Source: a virus | Length of the DNA stretch: 64,000 nt | Reading direction: 5' to 3' (one strand) | Virus record (IMG/VR): IMGVR_UViG_3300032087_005679 | Span: 10,196 to 74,195 of that record | Shown: piece by piece, positions 1 to 11,000 of the stretch | Layout: every line of letters starts with the position of its first letter | How positions within the stretch are numbered: the stretch's first letter is position 1 | Program-made: the position numbers and the translations under genes | The notes under the pieces: generated by a model | Told to the model about the DNA's origin: nothing | Database searches by the model: none | Seen by the model: only the letters and a program-made list of their open reading frames with translations

Positions 1-633
1 GTTTTCTCCTTCAGGATCATTTGAAAAGCTTTCAATAATTCTATAAGCAAAATCAAAATTTTCTTGTGTTTCGTTTGTCAATTCTCCCAATCGAAAGGAT
101 TCAAAATAAGATCCGATATAACCACCCATTGTAGATGCATCTTCAGTAATCATTCGTGCATCCGTAATGATTTTTTCTATCATCTCCGCCGAAAAACTAG
201 CGAGAGTACCGTTTTCATCTAGGTAAACATAATTGTTCTGGGCTGCATATTGACGCCCTAACATCTCCTGGGTGAGGGTGCTTCCATTGCCATACCTTAA
301 TTGATCTTGAGAAGATGATATAAAATTCATCAAATCAAAAGAATCAGTTGGTGGATAGCTTGGATCTTCTGGACCAGGTGAACCACCAGCATTCCAAACA
401 ATGTGTGGCAATAGGTTTTGCATCTCTCCAAAATTAGGGATAAGTTCTCTTGCGTTACTAACATATAGTCTAGGATCAGAGAGCACTAAATCCGAACTAA
501 ATTCCGATGAGCCAGCAGCGCCACGCATCATAAGACTATAATCAAACATGTTCGTCTGTTTGTAATAAGTATGGAGAGGGTCTTGTCTTCTAGTATTAGG
601 GTTATTGCGAATATTTATAAGTCTTCTAGTCAT
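1..633 (-). CDS. Hypothetical (probably virion) protein, 5' part only; runs off the window edge
   Basis: ATG at 633, 3 nt after the stop of 637..4137. The frame is open to position 1 (checked by hand): MTRRLINIRNNPNTRRQDPLHTYYKQ... Not in the ORF track. Confidence 0.75.
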   Translation of the reverse strand, partial: MTRRLINIRNNPNTRRQDPLHTYYKQTNMFDYSLMMRGAAGSSEFSSDLVLSDPRLYVSNARELIPNFGEMQNLLPHIVWNAGGSPGPEDPSYPPTDSFDLMNFISSSQDQLRYGNGSTLTQEMLGRQYAAQNNYVYLDENGTLASFSAEMIEKIITDARMITEDASTMGGYIGSYFESFRLGELTNETQENFDFAYRIIESFSNDPEGEN

Positions 634-636
634 CTA

Positions 637-3600
637 CTAATAACCTCTATTTCCCTGAAATTCGTTGAAAACATTCATATTATCTGAAACGCTTGTATTT
701 CTGCTGCTTTCCGAGGAAGATCTTCCAGAAAAGTTCCAAGTGTTTCCTTCAGTGTTGTCATCTATCACACTTTGAGATATAATTTGTTCTTCGTCGCTTT
801 CTTGTCCCTGCCCCAAATAAAAGTACTGATCATATATAGGCATAGAGAAAGAACTATTTAGTTCAAAAAATTCTGACACCTCTAAGCGATTGTCTGGGGT
901 GATAAAATCACCAAACATGTCAACAAAATTATTAGGCTCTAGTTTTCTAACCCTACACAAGATTTTACCCCTGAACTCTCCGCTATTGACATAAGACATA
1001 ACCTCTGATGTCATCTTTCTCCACTTGGTTAGACCAAGCTTTCTTGTGGTTGTGTATGGGACAACACCATTTGGATATGTTTCATCTGTTACTACAAGCG
1101 CACCAAAAGAATCAAGATATTCTACACAAGCTATATCTTTGTAGTTCATCCAAAATGTAAAAAAGTTTGTGAAAGACTTCATAGGATCATTTACCATTTT
1201 ATATGGAGAACCTTCAGGGTCATCTGAAGCTACACTTACAAGGTCTGTCTTTGATGTGCTTGAACCTTCTGCTTTTATTTTTGGTCTACATGGCTCCAGG
1301 GAAGGTCCTGTTGATCCCTCAGTCAAAGGTAGAGATTCAGAAGTTGAAGTAATGGCTAGTAGATTCTTAATTTGGTTCGGAAGATTTACAATTGGGTCTG
1401 CCGCAAGCATTTCAGAAACATTCAATTCATTTATCCCAAGAACTTTTCTTAAACTAGTCATGGAATTATAGGACTTATTTTCCTTGGTATTGATGTATGT
1501 TTCAGAGGATGTTTCTAGCTTACCAAGTAATGACATAGATATATTCAATGGCTCATCATTTCTTTGTGACAGTGTAGACAAAGACAGCAAGCTGGGAGAT
1601 ATCTCTAGTTTATCTTTTTCCTTGATGGCTGTTTCAATCCTATCAATATATGACTGAGAGTCTAGCGACCCAAGACCGCCGACGATCGTTGCTATTAATG
1701 GAAGACCTTTTGTCTGACCGCATTTTTCTTGGTCTGAGGTCGTAAAGGTAGTATCCATAGTTGGACCAGTCTTGACCCTCATGGTCGGAAAATCTAAAGA
1801 CCTTCTTTTCGTAAAGGTGACACCATGTTTCTGCATCAACATTGTTGAAGAATTAGAAAACAATCTATTACTTTTAGTTTGTTGATCCACCATTCCAGAC
1901 AAATTTGGGTAGTTCTGACCATTGTTGTCTACCTTATAGTTTATGTTTACCAAATCATTGAATAGTAATCCATATCTATCCAGGTCATATTCAACTGTTG
2001 TGTTGTTAGTTTTTGCAAAACTAGTTTGAACTATGTTTTCTCTATTGGGGGTAGATATAACAGCAGGCGTAAAATATGCATAAGATGAATCCGAGAAAGA
2101 ACCCGATGGTGCCTGATCTCCTGTTGTTCCAGGGGATTGGAAATATTTTCTAAATTCGCTTGTTCTATGATTGTCATACTCTATTGTTGAAATAAAGCCA
2201 AAACTATTATCTTGCAAAGAAGTTGGCACATATGTGATACCAAGGTTTTTATTTTTACCAACTTCTACAGTGTCTGTAAAGATATGATTTATTGTGCTTA
2301 TCGTATTTCTAAAAGTCCCCAAACTCCCTCTATCTGGTGACTTCTTTACCATGTCTTGGTTGTGTCCGTAAGGATTGTTAGGATATGTTTTTTGTAGTTT
2401 TTTTTCAATAAAATCAACGCCTGACTGAACCAGTTTCATGAAGTTTTCAAACAAAGACACATTAACTCTGCCAAGTCTTTTGTCCATTTCTCTGATGTAT
2501 ACAGAAACAAAATCTACTTCTTCTTTTGTGTTGTTAAAGTAATTTATAATTTTGTTATATTCTGTTACCAGTTTTGCCATAACGTCATAAACACTATCTG
2601 GACTATTCTCATCTAGGTAGATCTGCCTAAGACCAGTAGAAATTATACCGTTATTTGAAACAGTAATACCCTCTGTATTCACAATGAATTGATAAATTTT
2701 ATTTGTTTGACTCTTTATATCAAGAAATCTATTGCCGATGTTTCTCAATAATTTACAAGATCCATCATAAAATGTAATCTCAACTTCATATCTAAAGTTA
2801 CCTGCTATTTGATTGTTCTTTTCTAAGTCAGTATTGAAAGTGTCAACAACTTCGAAGAATTGTATTGAATTATTATCATTGTCTGTATTTCTTAGTGTGA
2901 CATCTGTTGTTTTAACTTTAGCTAAAGGTATTCTTGGGAAAGTATCATTAGGACCAATCAGAGAGTTCCTTGACGAAGTACCAAGAGAGTTGCTTGTTCC
3001 AAAGCCTGTTGTAGAGCATGATCTTCTATAAACCACTATATTCTCAATGGACGATAGAGTGCTTGGAGACAAAGGTGTGCCACCAGATATCATCATTTGT
3101 AGCAACTCTTTGTTTTCATATAATCCAGGGTGTGAACTATTGTCTGAAAAATAAGAAGCAAGATCTACAGCAAATAAAAGTTTATTGTTATTGTTTCTAT
3201 CTCTATTAACCCATAGGGTAGAGAAATAATTTGAACTGCTTATTATTTTTCGAACATCGTTTTTTCTTGTACCAGAAGAACCAAAAACTTTGTCTCTAGG
3301 CGAGATATAATCTTCCACATTCAAGAAATCTGCTGTTGACAAGCTTGTTTCGTCAGATAGAGATAGAATATTACTATCCAAATTTAGTTGTATATTCTCT
3401 ACAGTCGGTCCAGTTTTTACCTTGTTGATTGATATCGGAGCATAGAATGTCTTTTCACCAACCAGACAAACACTGTCAACGTATGACATTCCTGTTGTTA
3501 TTGAAAAATCCATGCCTATTTTTCTGTTTGAGAAACCAGGGCGGTAAACATAAAGATAAAGAGACAAATTCTTATAATCAATTTTAGAATTATCAAAACC

Positions 3601-4137
3601 TAGAGAAATTTCTTTTAGATTTATTATTTCTGATCCCGAACTTGCTATATTCTTTTCGACATTTCCTGACGAATCCCTAGGGACTGCTTCTGACAGTGGG
3701 ACATCGTAAAGCATTACTCCGTTTGGCAAGTTAGCGTCGGCTCCTATTTTTGTGTATCTCCTTCTAAACACAGGAGCAGTCAAATTTGAATTACTAGCGA
3801 AAGGACTTAGGAACGAGTTATTGGACAATATGTTATTATTTCCAAGAGATTTGGCAATAAATTTATTGTAATTGTATACATTTACAAGACTTCGATACTG
3901 TTGGTCGGAATGAAATTCATTATATCTTTGTGAAATATAGTCAAGGCTTTTAGCAGTATCTTTCGAAAAACAAACAATCATCCTCACTCTATTTTTTGAT
4001 ATTTGCTCTTCCAGAGTAGTCAAATAGTTTGATGAAATTGTAATGTTTGATAAAACACTCATTACACTAGAAACACTATCATTATTTGCTACTACAGAAA
4101 CATCTTCTATTTTAATATTTTTTATTATGCCAATCAT
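637..4137 (-). CDS. Large hypothetical protein, probably virion structural (1166 aa)
   Basis: Long Ser/Asn/Thr-rich ORF, tightly packed in the tail/baseplate operon; no catalytic motif recognised. Confidence 0.6.
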   Translation of the reverse strand: MIGIIKNIKIEDVSVVANNDSVSSVMSVLSNITISSNYLTTLEEQISKNRVRMIVCFSKDTAKSLDYISQRYNEFHSDQQYRSLVNVYNYNKFIAKSLGNNNILSNNSFLSPFASNSNLTAPVFRRRYTKIGADANLPNGVMLYDVPLSEAVPRDSSGNVEKNIASSGSEIINLKEISLGFDNSKIDYKNLSLYLYVYRPGFSNRKIGMDFSITTGMSYVDSVCLVGEKTFYAPISINKVKTGPTVENIQLNLDSNILSLSDETSLSTADFLNVEDYISPRDKVFGSSGTRKNDVRKIISSSNYFSTLWVNRDRNNNNKLLFAVDLASYFSDNSSHPGLYENKELLQMMISGGTPLSPSTLSSIENIVVYRRSCSTTGFGTSNSLGTSSRNSLIGPNDTFPRIPLAKVKTTDVTLRNTDNDNNSIQFFEVVDTFNTDLEKNNQIAGNFRYEVEITFYDGSCKLLRNIGNRFLDIKSQTNKIYQFIVNTEGITVSNNGIISTGLRQIYLDENSPDSVYDVMAKLVTEYNKIINYFNNTKEEVDFVSVYIREMDKRLGRVNVSLFENFMKLVQSGVDFIEKKLQKTYPNNPYGHNQDMVKKSPDRGSLGTFRNTISTINHIFTDTVEVGKNKNLGITYVPTSLQDNSFGFISTIEYDNHRTSEFRKYFQSPGTTGDQAPSGSFSDSSYAYFTPAVISTPNRENIVQTSFAKTNNTTVEYDLDRYGLLFNDLVNINYKVDNNGQNYPNLSGMVDQQTKSNRLFSNSSTMLMQKHGVTFTKRRSLDFPTMRVKTGPTMDTTFTTSDQEKCGQTKGLPLIATIVGGLGSLDSQSYIDRIETAIKEKDKLEISPSLLSLSTLSQRNDEPLNISMSLLGKLETSSETYINTKENKSYNSMTSLRKVLGINELNVSEMLAADPIVNLPNQIKNLLAITSTSESLPLTEGSTGPSLEPCRPKIKAEGSSTSKTDLVSVASDDPEGSPYKMVNDPMKSFTNFFTFWMNYKDIACVEYLDSFGALVVTDETYPNGVVPYTTTRKLGLTKWRKMTSEVMSYVNSGEFRGKILCRVRKLEPNNFVDMFGDFITPDNRLEVSEFFELNSSFSMPIYDQYFYLGQGQESDEEQIISQSVIDDNTEGNTWNFSGRSSSESSRNTSVSDNMNVFNEFQGNRGY

Positions 4138-4140
4138 CTA

Positions 4141-5070
4141 CTATCTCCCCTCTCTCGATGAGACTTCATCAACGATATCACATATATCAGCAGGACTACT
4201 TTGGTCTGAACCTCTGTAGGTTGAAGATGTTCTTCCTTCTATTGGATCTGTTATTTCATTATCAACTGAGATGTTTAAGTAAAATTCTACAAACGTATGA
4301 TCTATCACAGGAAAGTTGGATCTTATTTCTTCATTGTTGCCTCTAATGTTTTCAGATAATTCTAGCGGATTTGCTGCTTGTTCCAAAAGATCAAACGAAT
4401 TTGTTGATGCCTTATTTACAAACCCAAGAGGTCTAGTTCTAAAACCATTGCTCCTGCTCCCAGATATGAAAACTTCAACATCAAAGTTTCCGCCTCCATT
4501 GAATATAGTATTGATTTCTTGGACGTCTAATAGTATTGAATTTGCCCCAAGAAGAGAATATGTTCTGTTTTCGCTTTCTGGTACATCAAAACTAAAATAA
4601 TCTGTTTCAATTGTTGCGCTCATTTGAGGTACAGTGCCATTTGAAGTATATACCAAACCATCATTGAGTCCAATATCAGATTCAGTTGTTACATAGATTT
4701 CCCAAGCTGGTGCGTATGGAACCCAAGGACTACCTTTACCAAGAAACCTATAAAATGATGAATTCCATTCATTAGTTTCTAAAAACTTTCCGTCAGAGTC
4801 AAGAGTTTGACCTAGAGAGACGACAGGAGCAAGGCTGCTTGTAAATTTAGTAACTGGTTCCGTTGAAAGTGATCTTGTCTTTATCCTGCTAACTATACTA
4901 TTTTGAGTTTCTGGAGCGGACCATTTTGCATAGCTGTTGTCATAAAGAACTGATTCATCATAAAAGGCATAATAAAACGGACTAAATTCTCCTTTGGAAA
5001 ATTTGTCCCTGCCATAAGGAGTCAACTCTATTGAGATTACTTCTTCTTTTTGATTTAGAAACTTTACCAT
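4141..5070 (-). CDS. Hypothetical virion/baseplate-region protein (309 aa)
   Basis: N-terminus KEEVISIELTPYGR...YYAFYDESVLYD resembles structural proteins of large phages; operon context. Confidence 0.6.
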   Translation of the reverse strand: MVKFLNQKEEVISIELTPYGRDKFSKGEFSPFYYAFYDESVLYDNSYAKWSAPETQNSIVSRIKTRSLSTEPVTKFTSSLAPVVSLGQTLDSDGKFLETNEWNSSFYRFLGKGSPWVPYAPAWEIYVTTESDIGLNDGLVYTSNGTVPQMSATIETDYFSFDVPESENRTYSLLGANSILLDVQEINTIFNGGGNFDVEVFISGSRSNGFRTRPLGFVNKASTNSFDLLEQAANPLELSENIRGNNEEIRSNFPVIDHTFVEFYLNISVDNEITDPIEGRTSSTYRGSDQSSPADICDIVDEVSSREGR

Positions 5071-5074
5071 GCTA

Positions 5075-5081
5075 TAATTAT
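5075..5081 (-). promoter_or_regulatory. Candidate late-promoter motif ATAATTA, 4 nt upstream of ATG
   Basis: A similar motif with identical 4-nt spacing recurs at 11764, 27959, 58587 and 61707; no SD present. Confidence 0.5.
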
Positions 5082-5093
5082 GATCCTGTCTAT

Positions 5094-8000
5094 TTATTCA
5101 TTGTCGGAAAGCTTAACATTTTTAGCAATAGCTTCTATCTGGTTTACCAAACTTGTCTCCTGAGTGACTGTTAGAGAAGATCTGAGTTCCTCCTCTTGAT
5201 ATTCTTTATCAAGCTCAGGTCTAAATCCAACCTTTGCATTTATTTTTGCCAACTCAATCAAAGAACAATAATCATAAGGCCAGTTATAAGTTGGACTATC
5301 TAATGAATGTTTCTGTATGTAAACTTGTTTTGAGAACTCATCACGATCACCAAGGATTTTTTCTATCTCTTGTGTTGGAAGACCCTGAAGACTCATTAGC
5401 TCTTTAGAATTATCATACCCTAAAGCGTTTGGTCCATCAACTTCTTCAGCAATCAACTGCTCGTAACTAGTAATACCTCGTTGCTTCACCTTGAACACTA
5501 ACCATCTGATTTCTGGCACAAAACCATCAGAGCACTTTTCAGCTATATCTAATAGATCATATCGTGGGTGACCATCACGAACAACCCCAAGTTTGATTTG
5601 TTCTCTAAGAACCTCAGGGAATTGAGTTGTTTTTTCATCTATATTGTCCCCTGGCATATAATGATCTATCGCAGAATAACTAAAAGCTATCTTTCTTGAT
5701 ATGTCTGGCATTACATTTTGCCATATATCAGCCAAATCTTGTTTTGACAAAGAAACCTTGTGTTCCATCAAATACACAACAGGTGTTTGCAATAAGTCAC
5801 TACCTTTTAAAGCTTCATCGTATTCATCTGGTCCAAATGGATTTATAACATCTGGAACCTGTGGGTAGCCTTTTGGAACTAGTCCTAACAACTTATATGA
5901 CAATGAAGGTGGCAAAGAATACTTTGTAAAGTTTTTACGGAATTCTTTAATTTTTGGACCTAGCTTATTTGCGGGGGCTTGAACATTTACTAATCGAGGT
6001 GAGCCGGCATCATCCAAGTAGAATGGAAGCGCAAGTATTGCTTCTGAAATAGAATTTTCACCATCATCAGCAAGCTGTCCTAACCTCTTTGCTTTCTTGG
6101 GGTCGAAACCTTTTCTCATAATCTCTTTTGGGTCAAAACCACACAAGTCTGCAAGTGACTCAACAGTTCTGCCAGAATCAATCACATATTTTGGTGTTTT
6201 CTTGACGTAGTGATACGATCCTGAGAAGTCTGTGTAGGGAACAGGCTTTGTCCCAGTTGTTACAAAAGATCTAGCAACAAGATCATATTCTTCATGCTCT
6301 CCTGTGGGAATATCTTTTATGTACAGATAGACACCATTATCTTCTTGAGGTTCAACTCCATATTGGTGCCACATTCCCTGTGTTGTTTGGGTATACTCCC
6401 CTGGTGTTACAGATGAAGAAAAGTCATAACTTGTATCACTTACAGGTCTATTTGGGAAATCTAAAATTGGACTTTCCCATTTTGTCATGATAGTCCACTT
6501 GTTTGGATCTGATGATTTATATTTGTTTCCATTGCCTGTTTCAAATTCATTATTGATGAATATAGATGCATCAATATCCATTCTGTTTAGCCACGCACGA
6601 TTCCATCCATATCCTGGCATAACGGAGGATGTAATCTCTGCCCCTGTTGAATCAACAAAAGACCCAGAACTTATATCGTAATAACTTCCACTCTCATTGA
6701 TAAAATCAACGAACACTTCCCCTCTGTCATTATTAATAATTTCATCCAAAGTATATTCTTCTTTAGTTCCGTTTGGCATAAATGTTATTCTCACTACAGA
6801 CGGTCCATAGTAATATGGCGCAGTAAAGGGAGCGAACTCGCCACGGTGTCTAGGCCATGCGGGATGGTTTGGAACAAAACTACCACTAGCCTTTAGTGTA
6901 TCCCAAGTGTTTATCTGAGCGTGTGTAAAAGTAGCTGGCCCAAAGGCATGTGGGTTGCTATACAAATTAAACTGATCTGTTTTTATTAGACCAATTTCCA
7001 TCATATATGCTGAGTTCGAATCAACTGAAACTTTTCTCTCTGGAGAACTAGCCTCTTGAGATCCCTTTGGAGCAGAGCCAAACTGAGATACAAATTTTGT
7101 TAGTTTTCCATCATGACCATATCTGTTGCTCTTATTTTTCAGGAAAAAGTGGGGGACATTAGCTAAGAAATTTGATATTGACTTTTTATAAAGAAAAGTA
7201 TCTGTCAAAGCAGATGGCTCAATAGATGCGCTAGCATAAACATATTGCCAATAATCTGTACTATCATTTGAAATAATAGGTGAAAAAGATCCCGTAGAAA
7301 GATAGTTTTCTGGTGCTAAAATCGAATCAAATGGTAAACGGTCGCCATAAAACAAAGCTTTGTTTATAGTTCCTTCATCATCAGATCCAAAATTCATATT
7401 CTGCAATCTTCTTGAATTGCTTGGCAGCAATCCATTACTAGCTATATTATCATCAAGTGCTAGGATCTCTTCATAAGTTAACGCATACAAGCCGCCATTA
7501 TATAGCGGAGAACCCATCTTGGACAATTCCTTGTTAGTAAATCGATTAAATATCTCAGGATTTATTAGAGCCCAAGAAAGTGGATAGTCCCTATCTGCCC
7601 TTCTTACTGGGTAATCAACAGCTACACCCGATTTAATTGAGTTATAAAGAATCCCAGGAGAAAAGAAGGGTCTCAACACTGTTCTCAATGCTCTTCTTTC
7701 GCCCGCATTAGTGCCCTCAAATTGAAAGGAGCTTGAGTATGATTCAGAAAAATGTGTTGCTATTTGAAGCGTTCTATTTACTGGGTAAAAGCCTTCGTAT
7801 GGCAACAGTTTAACAATCGCATCGCTGCTAATCTCAAACTGTCTAGGAAAATTATTGAAGATATAATTTTTATCTGATTTGTCAAATGACATAAAGTCTT
7901 CTAAAAATTGCATTTGATCTGTAGTTGCATATCGATCATAAAAGCCAGTACTGGTGCTGTCATATATGTCCCTGCTAGCACCTGTTAACTCTAGTGACGA

Positions 8001-11000
8001 CTCAACAACAGAAAGAAAAGAAGCGTTATCTTTATACTCTCGTATATGTTCGCTGACTCTAAACTCTGGAATAATTGTATGATCTTTGCCAACCAGTCGA
8101 ATATCTTCAACGTACTTTTCATATGAATTATAAAATGGATAAGATGGCTCTAAAAGTTGCCCTCTCAAAGGTCCATCAATATATCTTCTGCTCCCACCAG
8201 CAGTCCATTTTGGTAGTGTATAAACATTCCCAGGAACTCTTGGCTCTGGTTGATATTGATTAGGAGATGAAATGTAAGCTCCAGTAACATGAGCCGTAGT
8301 GTGGACGTATTGTGCGGAAACTATGTTTGTTTGATAAGTTCCTAAAGTACCGTAACTACTCGTCAAACCATTCAAGGAATCAATAGCGTTTGTATTGTTA
8401 TCATCTACCGCATAAAAATAAGGGGTCATCAACTCACCAGACCCAAGAGTTGATTGGTCTGCTAGAAGAACTGGTGTGTTGAAAGTTCCTGTGAGTTGTG
8501 CCTCATAGACACTAATCTGATCGGACCACAGAAAAGAATCTAAAGGCCATATAGACCCAAGTCCAGGTCCTGATGCCCTAGGGAATGAAGAATCAAAGAA
8601 ACTATATGGAGATTGTTCTTGTGCTCTTGCTCCATAACCCTGAGAATTTGTAAGTCCAGTTCTTATTCTATACCATTGGCTATTATATTGTTCTGAGGTT
8701 TCTGATCCATCTATTATGTCATCTATTCTAAAGCTATAAAAGTTAGAGAATATAAGATAACCAGAATCTGTTGAAGTTAGTATACTTTTGTTATCTCTCC
8801 AAAAGTTGTTGTCAAAAGATAAACGAGACCTAGACCCTGACATATAAGTGTATTGATCTTTTGGATAAATCGTTTCTTCGTATATGAATTGCTTTATGGT
8901 TTTTATATCATTTAGATCACGAGATAATTCATCAGAAGCTTGTTCTCTAAGTAATTCGTATGGTCTCTTCACTTTCCCGAAAGAATGCTTTGGACTACCC
9001 AATATCTCGGTGTTTAAATCTTGGTTAGCAAACCCGAGAAGCGAAGTACCATAAGAATAATCAACACCAACATCTATATCAGTTTTTTTACCAGTCTCTT
9101 CGGAGACTACCGAGGTTGTTATAGTGTGCCTAAGCGGCTTGTATTTAGAACTTATTGGGGACTCGTAAAATCTCTTAGAATAAAAAGATGTTCTAGAGTT
9201 CCCTGTTTGGTCAAATGAGACTCTCTGAAATGTTGATGGGTCAAACTTTTTCGATGGAGAATCTTTACCTAATGTTTCAAAAGAAACTGTTTTAGGAGAA
9301 ATCTCATAGAGATTATTTTTTCTGTAAAATCTTGCAACATTTTTATTTGCTGCTCTAAGCTGGGTCCACGGAGCACTATACTCTGTTCCGTAATCAGTCC
9401 AAATAAAGTGCGGTAATCCATCAGACCCTGTGAAAACAGATGGTCCATAATAAGTACCAAAAGCATCAGACCCGCCAGTAAAATCTGTCGTTGTGGCTGC
9501 TCCACCTATAACATTACCAGCTATTGTTGTATTCCCGCCAGAACCAGCAGTCCCTTGTGTCAACTGAACTATTGCGCTTGGAATAAAAACAGGTGTTGGT
9601 ATAATGTCTAGATTACCATCAACATTAGCTTGAGCGACCCCTAGTCTAATTACTTCTGCATATTCAGTTGCTTGTGTGTACCCATTAATACCTAGTTGAT
9701 ATTCTGTTGGTCCGACTTGAACAACGGAGTCTCCAGCTTTCGAACTAAGAAATGTAAATTCTACTGTATTAGGTGTAGATTCATTATCGGTAAGTTCAAG
9801 GACTTTTGTGTTCCAATCTGCCTCAAGCCCTGATCCTGCTGTAACTGTTCCTGCGGCATTTACAGCAGCGACTGGAAATTGTAAACTTGCTTTTGTTAGT
9901 TCCATTAGTGCTGGGTATCTAGACCCAGATAACACGTACTTGCTGTAAGTGTCTGTGTCGGAACCAGATAAAGAATAGAACCACTGTGTACTGTCTCCAG
10001 CAGGTATTGGTCTCATGCAAAAATATGTATCGTATTGAGTTCCTGTTACGAACGTTAAAGTTGGTGACGTCGTATCTATCTCAAGCCTTTGTGTTGAATT
10101 TCTTTGTGTTTTTTCCAAAGCTGCGACTGTTGTACTCGTCCCTAAGTAACCACCTTGCCCTGTATGTGTGCCAAGATCTTTTATAAAAGGCTTTCTAACC
10201 ACAACGTTTCGAAATGGAAGAGCATTATTTGGAGAAAATTGATCGGATCTAACATCTCTAAACAACTGGCTGGAATCTGTTTTTGAACCAGGAGAAGAAA
10301 AACGACCAGCTATTATTGTTTTGTTGGTCTTTCTAGAAGCCACCTGTCTTGGTGCTGGATAATCTGCCGAACCTGTTCTGTCAAGTGCTCGCATCTCTAT
10401 CGTTGTTAGGAATGCTGTTGGAGCATTATGAGCATAGTTTTCGCTATTATAGGCGAAATCCATATTTGTTGCTGAACGGTCTACAGTCTGTACGGTTTCA
10501 TATTTTTTAATGTAGTTGCCAACAACACGGATACTATCAGATGTAAATAAGGTTTCTATGTTTTGGATATTTATTGGAGCTTTGGCTCCGTGTCCTCGCA
10601 AAAAATCACCCTGTGGGTTTCCAGCAGTTGGGCGATTCATTGACCTACCAGCAGAACCACCGCCAAAAGCAGGTGCTGTTATTTCACTTTCTGTAATAGG
10701 TGTTCCAGTAAAAGCCTCTCCATTATCACGAGTCCCTACAAAAGTTCCAACTATGTCTACCTCATTTGCAGAGCCACCTATTGAAGCAACAATAGGCAAG
10801 CCATCATCTGTGGCTGAAGCATTTAAACTATTAACCAAAGCTTGAGCTACGTGATTCTGATTTGAAGCGTCAGCAATACCTATGAGAGATTTCGTAGAAT
10901 CTGCAATATCAGTGAATGAATCAAATGTCCCTGTATAAGTTACTCCGCCCAAAGTGATAGTAATAGATTCTGTGTCAAAAGTAGTCTCTGGGTCAGCCGT